Source: Ferruginibacter sp. (GTDB taxonomy: Bacteria; Bacteroidota; Bacteroidia; Chitinophagales; Chitinophagaceae). From it: DNA of 64,000 nt. Of this stretch, positions 10,123 through 18,999 are shown one piece after another. The translations under genes were made by a program, and so were the position numbers. Below the pieces are notes generated by a model, which made no database searches, had not been told where the DNA came from, and saw only the letters and a list, made by a program, of their open reading frames with translations. Location: assembly GCA_031391665.1 (NCBI GenBank), contig JANMUN010000153.1; one strand, given 5' to 3'. Position 1 is the first letter of the stretch. Each line of letters starts with the position of its first letter.

Positions 10123-11232
10123 ATGCCTATTTATATGGACCGTCACGATGTTTCCGAAACTGTTACAGCCGAAAATGTAGCTCAACTGCACCAGGAAGAT
10201 TTAAAAATACAAGAGCAATTTGGTTGCAGGGGGTTAACGTATTGGTTTGATGAAAAAAGAAAAACTGCTTTCTGCTTAATTGAAGCACCAGATGCGGCTG
10301 CAATTAAAAAAATGCATAATCATGCTCACGGCCAGGTTCCGCACAGGGTAATAGAAGTTGATGCCAGTATAGTTGAATCTTTTTTAGGAAGAATTGAAGA
10401 TCCGGAAAAAGCACAAAACACAGCACTAAACATTATTAACGACCCTGCTTTCAGAACAATTATGGCAATAGTGGTAAAAGAATTATTGTTTGTACAAAAT
10501 GATGCTGCTCAATTAAAACCTTCATTACTAAATTACAATAATGCTATACTTAACCTGTTGAATGTTTATGAGGGGCTGCCGGTTAAAAAAAATGAAACCC
10601 ATTTTTTAGTGTCTTTTAAATCCGTTACTAATGCCGTGCTGGCTGCTTTTGAAATACAATTGCTGTTGAGGCAATTTCAGCATGACATCAATAACGATAA
10701 AATTCTTTTAAAAATAGGGTTAACTGCCGGGGTTCCAGTAACTGAAAAGGAATTAATTTTTGAGGATACTATAAAACTAGCTGAACGGATGTGTAAGGTT
10801 ATTAAAGGCCAAATTATAGTATCATCTGAAGTTAAAGAATTATACAGTAGTGAAAATTCAGGTACTTTAAACGAAAGTGAAAGTGTATTGTATCTTTCCC
10901 AATCTGATGAGAAATTTCTTACACTTTTAATGGATTACACAGAATCTGTCTGGAGCAATATTAATTTAAAAGTAGATGATTTTTGTAAAACTTTAGGTTG
11001 TGGAAAATCTCAATTGTGCCGTAAAATGATTTTACTCACCGGCAAATCCCCCAACACTTTTATTAACGACTATCGTCTAAATGAGGCTTTAACCTTATTG
11101 AAAAAAAACAGGAACAACATTTCAGAAATTGCATTTGAAACAGGCTTTAGCAGCCCGTCTTATTTTTCCAAATGTTTTCAAAAAAAATATGGACATGCAC
11201 CTTCTCATTTTTTAACTGCTAAAACAGGATGA
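10123..11232 (+). CDS. AraC-family transcriptional regulator with N-terminal DUF4242 (SCO4226-like) domain and degenerate cyclase-homology-like middle domain
   Basis: The N-terminus MPIYMDRHDV...YWFDEKRKTAFCLIEAP...AHG...EV matches DUF4242. The middle has LLKIGLTAGVPV...IKLAERMCKVIKGQIIVSSEV (class III cyclase-like, catalytic residues not evident). The C-terminus carries the AraC HTH (ISEIAFETGFSSPSYFSKCFQKKYG). Confidence 0.8.
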   Translation: MPIYMDRHDVSETVTAENVAQLHQEDLKIQEQFGCRGLTYWFDEKRKTAFCLIEAPDAAAIKKMHNHAHGQVPHRVIEVDASIVESFLGRIEDPEKAQNTALNIINDPAFRTIMAIVVKELLFVQNDAAQLKPSLLNYNNAILNLLNVYEGLPVKKNETHFLVSFKSVTNAVLAAFEIQLLLRQFQHDINNDKILLKIGLTAGVPVTEKELIFEDTIKLAERMCKVIKGQIIVSSEVKELYSSENSGTLNESESVLYLSQSDEKFLTLLMDYTESVWSNINLKVDDFCKTLGCGKSQLCRKMILLTGKSPNTFINDYRLNEALTLLKKNRNNISEIAFETGFSSPSYFSKCFQKKYGHAPSHFLTAKTG

Positions 11233-11388
11233 TATTTGCCGGGTTTGTATTTTTAATGGATTTGAATTAAAACTACAAGTATTTGAACTAAATGTTCTAG
11301 TCTTCAAATTTATCGGTGTGTATCTTTAGCACAAATAATCATTCAGGGCAAAATATTTTTATTATAATCCATTTTAAAAAAAATCATT

Positions 11389-11763
11389 ATGACTAAAATT
11401 CTTTTTGAACGACTTGGCGGCACTGCAGGAATTACTAAAATTGTTGACGATGTTGTTGAGGCACACATGAGCAATGTGGCAATCAGTTCAAGGTTTTTGC
11501 CTCTTCAAGAACAGCCTGAAAAACTAGCTGTAATAAAGCAACACACTATTAATTTTTTTAGTGCTGGCAGTGGTGGTCCTGTAACCTACTCCGGCAGAGA
11601 TATGCCTGCCACCCATAAAGGGATGAATATAAACCCAACTGAATACATGCATGTTGTTGATGACATATTGAAGGTGCTGGATAAACATAAAACTGATGAT
11701 GAATCTAAAAAAGACGTGCTGGCTATACTTTGGTCATTAAAAGATATGATAATTGCTAAATAA
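11389..11763 (+). CDS. glbN: Group I truncated hemoglobin
   Basis: 124 aa, with FERLGG...I..VVD.. at the N-terminus and M...H.GMNI..TEY motifs typical of trHbN. Confidence 0.85.
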   Translation: MTKILFERLGGTAGITKIVDDVVEAHMSNVAISSRFLPLQEQPEKLAVIKQHTINFFSAGSGGPVTYSGRDMPATHKGMNINPTEYMHVVDDILKVLDKHKTDDESKKDVLAILWSLKDMIIAK

Positions 11764-12017
11764 ATAACTGGTTATACAAAAGCTGATTGATTACAAAACA
11801 ATACTCCTGTATTTTTATTATGCTATCAAATCTTTCATTACAATAGGAAAGAAACAGTAAACACATGACACTACATAGATAAAGAATAGCAAATGAAAAC
11901 AGTATTTTAACATTCGGGTTTAAATTTTACAATGTGCAGGTCACCAGATTGTATTTATAAATATTGCTTCACATACAAAAGAGCCGGATATAACTATTTT
12001 CTCACTGGAACGAAAGT

Positions 12018-13406
12018 TTACAACATTATCCCCTGCAAAAACAAATACGCTACCGAAAAATAAATCAGCAACCCGGTTACATCTACCAATGTAGCAATAA
12101 ATGGGGTAGAAGAAGTTGCAGGATCGGCGCCTAATTTTTTTAATAACAGTGGTAACATCGAACCCATCATGGTGCCCCACAATACCACACCAATTATTGC
12201 AATACCAATGGCAAAACCAATTCGTATATAATGGATACCAAATAAATCAAACAAATGATAGCCGCCAAAAACTATAAAAAACCCCATTATACCCAGCGTA
12301 ACCCCCATTAATATACCCGAAATAATTTCTCTTTTTGCAATATGCCACCAGTCGGCGATTGTTATTTCGCCCAATGCCAATGCCTGTATAATTAATGTGG
12401 CAGCCTGCGAACCGCTGTTGCCCCCACTTGAAATTATCAAAGGAATAAATGTAGAAAGTACCAGCAATTGCTCCAGCGTTTTTTGAAACCCCGACATGGC
12501 AGCGATGGTCAAAGTTTCACCCACAAAAAGTATCAGCAGCCAGATAATTCTTTTTTTGTATAATTTTAAAAGTGGTACATCTAAATACGGTTCATCCAAT
12601 GCCTGTGTACCACCAATCTTTTGTATATCCTCACTGTATTCTTCTTCTGCCACCCAAAGTACATCATCAATAGTAATAATCCCCAACAATTTATTACTCT
12701 TACTAACCACCGGCAGGGCTACACGGTTATTCATTTTAAAAACTTCGCTGGCCACTTCCTGGTCGTCTTCTGCATGTAAAGAAATAAAGCGGCCATCCAT
12801 TAAGTCGCTCACTTTTTTTTCCGGCGCAGCCATAATAAAATCCTTAATTCTTATATCATCTAATAATTCGCCTTTATCATTTAATACATACAACACATCA
12901 ATGGTTTCGCTGCTTTTTGCATAGCGGCGTATGGTGTTAAAAACATCTTCCACACTGTCGTGCTCATATACATACACATAATCGGGTGTCATTAAACGGC
13001 CCACACTATTTTCGGGATAACCCAAAAGCGACAATGTTATTTTTCTTTCATCGGGGTTTAGTGTTTTAATTAATTCTCTTACAGCGCTTCCCGGTAACTC
13101 ACTTAAAAAAGAAGTGCGGTCATCAGGAGGCAATTCATTTAAAAGTTCGGCAGTTTTAAAAGCTGGTAAATCGTGTATTATCCTTTTTTGCGTGGGCAGT
13201 TCTAGAATTTTAAAAACACTTACAGCCCGGTGTATAGAAAGGTGGGAGATAATTTGATTTTCAAAATCTTCATTAGCATAAATCAACTCAGCCACATCGC
13301 TGATGTTCTGATGATTTAAAAAATCCTGAATCTGCAATTTATTTTCGGATGCAATTACTTCATCAAATTTTTGTTGCAGTGATATTTCTTCCAATTCCAT
13401 TGCCAT
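12018..13406 (-). CDS. mgtE: Magnesium transporter MgtE
   Basis: MgtE N-domain, tandem CBS pair and C-terminal TM domain with GGNSGSQ and PFIATLVDVTGLLIYF motifs. The start is set at an internal ATG (13406) to avoid the divergent neighbour. Confidence 0.93.
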   Translation of the reverse strand: MAMELEEISLQQKFDEVIASENKLQIQDFLNHQNISDVAELIYANEDFENQIISHLSIHRAVSVFKILELPTQKRIIHDLPAFKTAELLNELPPDDRTSFLSELPGSAVRELIKTLNPDERKITLSLLGYPENSVGRLMTPDYVYVYEHDSVEDVFNTIRRYAKSSETIDVLYVLNDKGELLDDIRIKDFIMAAPEKKVSDLMDGRFISLHAEDDQEVASEVFKMNNRVALPVVSKSNKLLGIITIDDVLWVAEEEYSEDIQKIGGTQALDEPYLDVPLLKLYKKRIIWLLILFVGETLTIAAMSGFQKTLEQLLVLSTFIPLIISSGGNSGSQAATLIIQALALGEITIADWWHIAKREIISGILMGVTLGIMGFFIVFGGYHLFDLFGIHYIRIGFAIGIAIIGVVLWGTMMGSMLPLLLKKLGADPATSSTPFIATLVDVTGLLIYFSVAYLFLQGIML

Positions 13407-13474
13407 CGGTACTTTGTTATAAATTCGCAATATTAATTGTTCGCAATTTACCTTTTTAATGCTAATCAAAAATT

Positions 13475-13858
13475 ATGCGGAAACCATATTTATATATTGA
13501 TACCACCAGCCATGCCGGAAGGGGCGTTTTTACAAAAGAAAAAATTTCGGCTGAAATAATAATTGAAATTTCGCCGGTTATTGTAATGAGTAATGAAGAC
13601 CGGCAGCATTTAGATAAAACCAAATTACACGACTATATTTTTGAGTGGGGAAAGGAGAAAGATAAATGTTGTATGGCATTAGGATTAATACCGATGTATA
13701 ACCACAGTTACAAAAGCAATTGCGAATATATAATGGATTATGAAGATGATGTAATTATAGTGCAAACTGTAAGGATTATTGAAAAAGGCGAAGAGCTTAC
13801 TATAAATTATAATGGCGACTGGAATGATGAGAATAAAATTTGGTTTGATGCAAAATAA
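13475..13858 (+). CDS. SET-domain protein (putative lysine methyltransferase)
   Basis: GRGVFT near the N-terminus, NHS..N-type motif (MYNHSYKSNC) and ELTINY C-terminal SET motif. Confidence 0.8.
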   Translation: MRKPYLYIDTTSHAGRGVFTKEKISAEIIIEISPVIVMSNEDRQHLDKTKLHDYIFEWGKEKDKCCMALGLIPMYNHSYKSNCEYIMDYEDDVIIVQTVRIIEKGEELTINYNGDWNDENKIWFDAK

Positions 13859-13887
13859 AAAGTGCAGCAAAATTTTGCTGCACTTTT
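13856..13887. terminator. Bidirectional terminator hairpin between convergent genes
   Basis: aaaaagtgcagcaaaattttgctgcactttt, with A-run and T-run on either side. Confidence 0.7.
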
Positions 13888-13907
13888 ATTCTCATGTGTT
13901 TTTCATG

Positions 13908-15470
13908 TTAATTTGTAAAGCCGTGGCCTGCTGCTATCCAGTTTAATATTTTTTGTTTATCAGTTGCAGATAATTGCGGGTTTGGAGCCGGTGGCATTGA
14001 AGTTGGCGCATCAACTGCTCTAGCTTTTATGCGATCCCAACTGTTAACGATGGTACAATCAACCGTAAAATCTAATCCGCCTGTTGGGCTGGAGCCGCTA
14101 TGGCAACCGCTAAGTGCACAGTTGGTTTGCAATACTGCTTTTACCGCAGTAAAATTTGTGCCTGCAGCAGCAGCAGCTACAGATGCGGTGCCGGTTTTAA
14201 TACAACCGTCTGCATCTTTTGCAGCAATATTATAAGTGTTTACTGCAAGGCCCGTAAAAATATTTGAAGCCTGAAAAGTTCCTGTGTTGAGTTGATAAGT
14301 AAAACCTGAACCGCCGCCAGCAGTAATTGTAATGGTGCCTGTACCTGTTGGTGCACATTTATCGGAGCCTGTGGTAACTGCACTTATGGTTAAAGTTTTA
14401 CCAAGGCAGGGGTCTGCTGTTACAATAAAACTTTGTGTTTTTAAACAACCATCTACATCTTTTGCAGTAACATTATAAGTTGCTGCTGCTAACGAATTAA
14501 ATGTACCGGAGGCCTGGAATGCACCAGTGTTTAATTGATAAGTAAAACCTGTGCTGCCACTTGCAGTTGCAGCAATTGATCCATTAGTTGCACCTGCAGC
14601 CGGGCCTGCACTTGTAATAGTTGCCGTAACAGTTATTGTTTTAGCTGTACAAATATCATTCACTGTAAAGCTTTGTGTTTTTAAACAACCATCTAAATCT
14701 TTTGCAGTAACATTATAACTACCTACCGCTAACCCGGTAAATGTACCCGAAGCCTGAAATGCGCCACTGTTTAATTGGTAGGTAAAGCCAGTGCTGCCAC
14801 TTGCTGTTGCTGCAATTGATCCGTTAGATAAACCGGTGCCTGCATTTACAATGGTTGCTGTTATAGTAATTGTTTTTGCCGCACAAATGTCATTTACTGT
14901 AAAGCTTTGTGTTTTTAAACAACCATCTACATCTTTTGCAGTAATATTATAAGTGCCCACAGCTAAACCTGTAAATGCACCCGAAGCCTGAAATGCGCCG
15001 GTATTTAACTGGTAAGTAAAACCTGTACTGTTTGTCGCAGTTGCGGTTATTGATCCGTTAGATAAACCCACACCTGCATTTACAATAGTTGCGGTAACAG
15101 TTATATTTTTTGCAGCGCATGGGTCAGTAACAGTAAATGTATTTGAACCTGTACAACCATCAGCATCTTTTGCTGTAACGGTGTACGTGCCTGCGGCCAA
15201 ACCTGTAAAACTTGCACCAGCCTGAAATGCTCCGGTGTTAAGCTGATAAGTAAAACCAGTGCTGCCTGCGCCGGTTACAGTTATGGAGCCATTGGAGACG
15301 CCGGTTGTAGTATTTACAACAGTACCTGTTACCGTAATGGTTTTACTGGCACAAGGATTTGGGGCAGGAGGTGGGGTGCCGCCGCCTTTATCGCCACAGC
15401 CATTTATAATTAATAATGAGGTTAGCAAAAAAAATGCAAGAATAGAAGTGATTTTTTTAAATGAGTTCAT
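13908..15470 (-). CDS. Lipoprotein with five tandem SprB-type repeats and a C-terminal cytochrome-c-like (CX4CH) domain
   Basis: Signal peptide with lipobox (LLIINGC). There are five 78-81-aa units (C..K.IT.T....NGSI...A..STGFTYQLNTGAFQ...F.GLA.G.Y...AKD.DGC). The C-terminal segment NCALSGCHSG...GGLDF resembles PSCyt-type domains. Confidence 0.75.
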   Translation of the reverse strand: MNSFKKITSILAFFLLTSLLIINGCGDKGGGTPPPAPNPCASKTITVTGTVVNTTTGVSNGSITVTGAGSTGFTYQLNTGAFQAGASFTGLAAGTYTVTAKDADGCTGSNTFTVTDPCAAKNITVTATIVNAGVGLSNGSITATATNSTGFTYQLNTGAFQASGAFTGLAVGTYNITAKDVDGCLKTQSFTVNDICAAKTITITATIVNAGTGLSNGSIAATASGSTGFTYQLNSGAFQASGTFTGLAVGSYNVTAKDLDGCLKTQSFTVNDICTAKTITVTATITSAGPAAGATNGSIAATASGSTGFTYQLNTGAFQASGTFNSLAAATYNVTAKDVDGCLKTQSFIVTADPCLGKTLTISAVTTGSDKCAPTGTGTITITAGGGSGFTYQLNTGTFQASNIFTGLAVNTYNIAAKDADGCIKTGTASVAAAAAGTNFTAVKAVLQTNCALSGCHSGSSPTGGLDFTVDCTIVNSWDRIKARAVDAPTSMPPAPNPQLSATDKQKILNWIAAGHGFTN

Positions 15471-15646
15471 AAATGCAGGTAGTTTTTGGTTATGGTTAAA
15501 ATGCCGGTTAATAAGAAAAATTAATACCAAGTCTTTCTGAGCATTTCTCTTATTTATAGCTCAAACGAAGCTTTTATAAAACTGGTTGCCTGATAAAAAT
15601 TAAATAATAATTTTCAGCAGGTAAGAAGGCGAAATTTGATTGCTAT

Positions 15647-16687
15647 TTATACCAAAGGCTCCTGCTGGCTCATGCAGTGAAAACTGCCCAGCCCCCAAAT
15701 AATTTCTGTAGAATCTATGCCCACTACTTTTCTTTCGGGAAAACAGGATTGTATTATTTGCAAAGCCCTGTCATCTTTAGCACAATTAAATATGGGTACA
15801 ATTACTGCATGATTAGCAATATAAAAATTGGCGTACGATGCCGGTAATCTTTGCTCATCATAAATAACGGCATCGGGCATGGGTAACTCCACAATATTTA
15901 ATTGCTTACCATTTAGTAAACGCATTTTTTTTAACTGCTGTAAATTATCCTGTAACAATTTATAGTTTTCATCATTTTTATTTTCTTCTACCACAGTTAA
16001 TACAGTGTCTTCGTTTGTAAAGCGAACCGTATCGTCAATGTGCCCATCGGTATCATCACCCACAATGCCATCGTTTACCCAAAGTATTTGTTCGGCACCA
16101 TAATAATCGCATAAATATTTTTCTATCTGCTGCTGGTTTAAATGCGGATTACGGTTAGGGTTTAATAAACATGCAGTGGAAGTTAATATCGTACCCTTAC
16201 CATTAAATTCTACCGAGCCACCTTCCATTACAATTTTAGGATAATAAACCGGTATGTTATAATGTTTGCCAATCAGCGTGGGGATAACATCATCCAAATC
16301 GTATGGCGGATATTTATTTCCCCAGGCATTATAATCCCAATCAACAATTATTTTTTTATTTTCTGTTGCATCAGGATTTATTAAAAATGCAGGGCCATGG
16401 TCACGGCACCAGGCATCGTTAGTTGGATGAATAAAAAATTCCACTTTAGAAAGATCAACACCAACATTTTGTAAATGGCTAACAGCAAAATTTTTCATCG
16501 CTTCATCATTTACATTGATGCAAACTTTTTCTCCTTTAGTAAGTTCTTTTATAAACTGACTGTAATAAGGAAAGATGGTATGTATTTTACCCGGCCACGA
16601 TGCTTCTTTATGCGGCCAGCTTAACCATGTTGCGGAATGCGGAGCAAATTCTGCAGGGAAGTAGTAGCCTAATTCTTTTGGAGTCAT
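15647..16687 (-). CDS. aguA: Agmatine deiminase
   Basis: Porphyromonas-type peptidylarginine deiminase family: MPAEFAPH-like N-terminus (YFPAEFAPHSATWLSWPH), AWCRDHGP, GGS.E.NG.GT, and C-terminal GSFHCMSQQ catalytic Cys. Confidence 0.9.
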   Translation of the reverse strand: MTPKELGYYFPAEFAPHSATWLSWPHKEASWPGKIHTIFPYYSQFIKELTKGEKVCINVNDEAMKNFAVSHLQNVGVDLSKVEFFIHPTNDAWCRDHGPAFLINPDATENKKIIVDWDYNAWGNKYPPYDLDDVIPTLIGKHYNIPVYYPKIVMEGGSVEFNGKGTILTSTACLLNPNRNPHLNQQQIEKYLCDYYGAEQILWVNDGIVGDDTDGHIDDTVRFTNEDTVLTVVEENKNDENYKLLQDNLQQLKKMRLLNGKQLNIVELPMPDAVIYDEQRLPASYANFYIANHAVIVPIFNCAKDDRALQIIQSCFPERKVVGIDSTEIIWGLGSFHCMSQQEPLV

Positions 16688-16706
16688 AATTCATTATTTA
16701 GTATTG

Positions 16707-17096
16707 CTACATTATTGGGCGGCCGCCATTGGAGAAATATGTCATGTCGTAATATTCAAATTGATCGCCACGAACTTTTGCATTGAGTACAATCGAAATA
16801 TCTATCATTTTTCTTATCAGCTCATCATCAGGAAATTTTGCACTTATACTACCGCATCCATAATCAAGCCATGGTAAACTTCCATCTTCAAACGGCGGAC
16901 GTGTTATCCATTCGCAAAATCCCGGACTTTCCTGCCATGTTCCTGCTGATCCGGGAAAGTTTAATCTGTAACCATTTGTAAGATTTAATTCTTTATCAGT
17001 TGCAACATAATCTTTCCACTCTTCTAATGAGATGTTACTTTCCTCTTCTTCATTTTCATAATCTGCTTGTCTAACAATGTGTAATTCGTAACCCAT
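16707..17096 (-). CDS. Hypothetical protein between aguA and aguB
   Basis: 129-aa ORF, tightly packed in the operon. No motif was recognised. Confidence 0.55.
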   Translation of the reverse strand: MGYELHIVRQADYENEEEESNISLEEWKDYVATDKELNLTNGYRLNFPGSAGTWQESPGFCEWITRPPFEDGSLPWLDYGCGSISAKFPDDELIRKMIDISIVLNAKVRGDQFEYYDMTYFSNGGRPIM

Positions 17097-17140
17097 GATT
17101 TTTTTTAATTAGAATAAAAATAAAACTTACAATATTTTCT

Positions 17141-18016
17141 CTACATGTCATCTATATATCTTTTCGTAATAGGCTGATAAGAATCAATTCTTCTGTCTCT
17201 TAAAAAAGGCCAGTGTGTTCTGTAGCGGTCGGTTTGTTTCAGATCCAGTTCCATTATTTTTATTTCTTCTTCTTCATGCGATGCTTTGTATAAAATGGTG
17301 CCGAAAGGATTTGAGACAAATGATCCACCCCAAAATTTCATAGCGCCATCCTGCTCCAACCCCACACGGTTTACACTTACTACATGCACACCGTTTGCAA
17401 TAGCATGACTGCGTTGCATGGTTTGCCAGGCATTGTATTGTTCGGTATTGGTGGCTTCATCCTGCGATGTGGCCCAGCCAATAGCAGTAGGATAAAATAA
17501 AATTTCAGCACCCATCAAGGCAGTTATTCTTGCAGCCTCGGGGTACCATTGATCCCAGCAAATTAGAATGCCAATGGTGGCGAATTTTGTTTTAAAAACT
17601 TTATACCCTAAATCACCAGGGGTAAAATAAAATTTTTCGTAGTATGCAGGATCATCAGGGATATGCATTTTTCTGTACTTGCCAATGTAAGTTCCATCAG
17701 CATCTAAAACTGCTGTTGTGTTATGGTATAAACCTTCTGCTCTTTTTTCAAATAAAGATGCAATGATTACTACGCCTAACTCTTTGGCTAAAGCGCTTAA
17801 GGTATTCGTTGCCGGGCCGGGTATGCTTTCTGCCAGTTTAAAATTTTCATAATCTTCCACATCGCAGAAATATAAAGAGGTAAATAATTCCTGCAGGCAA
17901 ACAATTTGTGCACCTGCTGCTGCAGCTTCTTTTATTTTTTGTATTGCTTTATTAATATTTTGCTGTTTATCTGCAACACAACTCATTTGCACCAACGCTG
18001 TTTTTACTTTTGCCAT
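17141..18016 (-). CDS. aguB: N-carbamoylputrescine amidase (nitrilase superfamily)
   Basis: CN-hydrolase Glu-Lys-Cys triad context (CLQELF, YRKMHIP, ILICWDQWYPE). Adjacent to aguA. Confidence 0.9.
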   Translation of the reverse strand: MAKVKTALVQMSCVADKQQNINKAIQKIKEAAAAGAQIVCLQELFTSLYFCDVEDYENFKLAESIPGPATNTLSALAKELGVVIIASLFEKRAEGLYHNTTAVLDADGTYIGKYRKMHIPDDPAYYEKFYFTPGDLGYKVFKTKFATIGILICWDQWYPEAARITALMGAEILFYPTAIGWATSQDEATNTEQYNAWQTMQRSHAIANGVHVVSVNRVGLEQDGAMKFWGGSFVSNPFGTILYKASHEEEEIKIMELDLKQTDRYRTHWPFLRDRRIDSYQPITKRYIDDM

Positions 18017-18051
18017 ATTTTTTATTTAAGAGCTTCAAAGATAAAATAGAA

Positions 18052-18930
18052 TTACAACAGTTCGTTTACATGTTTTTGAATATTGTCACACATTTTATCC
18101 ATAGGTAAATCGTTGCTGTCGGTACCAAAAGGGTCTTCAATTTCTTCTGCCACCAGTTCTAAACTTGCCAGCACATAAAAAATAAATCCAACCACGGGAA
18201 TTACCAAATAATCCAAATTAAAAACATAACCCCATGGCAGTGTCATTACATAAAAGAAAATAAATTTTTTAAGAAAGGCACTGTAAGAAAATGGGATAGG
18301 GGTATTTTTAATCCGTTCGCAGGCGCCACATATTTCTGTAAAAGATTGTAATTCGCCATTGATAATAATCAGTTGCTCGCCTTTTATTTTTCCAGCTTCA
18401 AATAAACTGTTTACTTTTTTAAAAAGTAAACCTGCTAATTGATTAGGTACATGTTTATCGTGATCTATATCCAACAGTTCCGGATGTTCGGCTTCATCAA
18501 GTGCCAGCCTTGTAGATTCCTGCCGTAAATAATTTTTTAATGCCACTGCATATTGTGGAATGGCCTCTTTAAAAAAAGCCCGGCTTTGTGCATCGTTTTT
18601 GGGGAGAAATGCATTTAGTTTTAGTGCCATATTGCGGCTGTTATTTACTAATGCACCCCAAAGTTTTCGGCCTTCCCACCAGCGGTCGTAAGCGGTGTTG
18701 GTTCTAAACACCAGTAATAATGAAATTACAAAACCAAGCAGGCTGTGCATCAGCACAATGTTTTTTACTTTATTTTTTTCACTCCATTTCCAGTGCTCTA
18801 CTTCAAAATATGCAATAGCACCAGAGTAGGCGCAGATCAGCAAAATCATTGGCCATAGTTTTATAAATGTATCCGATTTATGAAAACGGAAAATAAAACT
18901 CAGCCAGTCTTTAGGGTTATATTGTATCAT
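18052..18930 (-). CDS. Bestrophin-family (UPF0187/YneE) anion channel
   Basis: FRTN.AYDRWWEGRK.WG and I..PIPF.Y motifs; four predicted TM segments. Confidence 0.85.
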   Translation of the reverse strand: MIQYNPKDWLSFIFRFHKSDTFIKLWPMILLICAYSGAIAYFEVEHWKWSEKNKVKNIVLMHSLLGFVISLLLVFRTNTAYDRWWEGRKLWGALVNNSRNMALKLNAFLPKNDAQSRAFFKEAIPQYAVALKNYLRQESTRLALDEAEHPELLDIDHDKHVPNQLAGLLFKKVNSLFEAGKIKGEQLIIINGELQSFTEICGACERIKNTPIPFSYSAFLKKFIFFYVMTLPWGYVFNLDYLVIPVVGFIFYVLASLELVAEEIEDPFGTDSNDLPMDKMCDNIQKHVNELL

Positions 18931-18999
18931 ATTTTTTTATTGATATGCAAATGTAGTTACAGTTAATTAGTTTTACTTTCATTGTATAAAATAATAATT

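Noticed and set aside
12496-12924. 142-aa plus-strand ORF
   Set aside because: It is antisense to mgtE and is a Ser-rich low-complexity translation. The plus-strand ORFs at 20100-20531 and 20249-20521, antisense to the YceI gene, are rejected for the same reason.
13908-15470. Possible CRISPR-like or non-coding tandem array suggested by ~240-bp DNA periodicity (also 30395-31235)
   Set aside because: The repeats are in frame within long ORFs and encode SprB-type and FN3 domains, with no short spacer-repeat structure. No CRISPR array was seen anywhere in the window.
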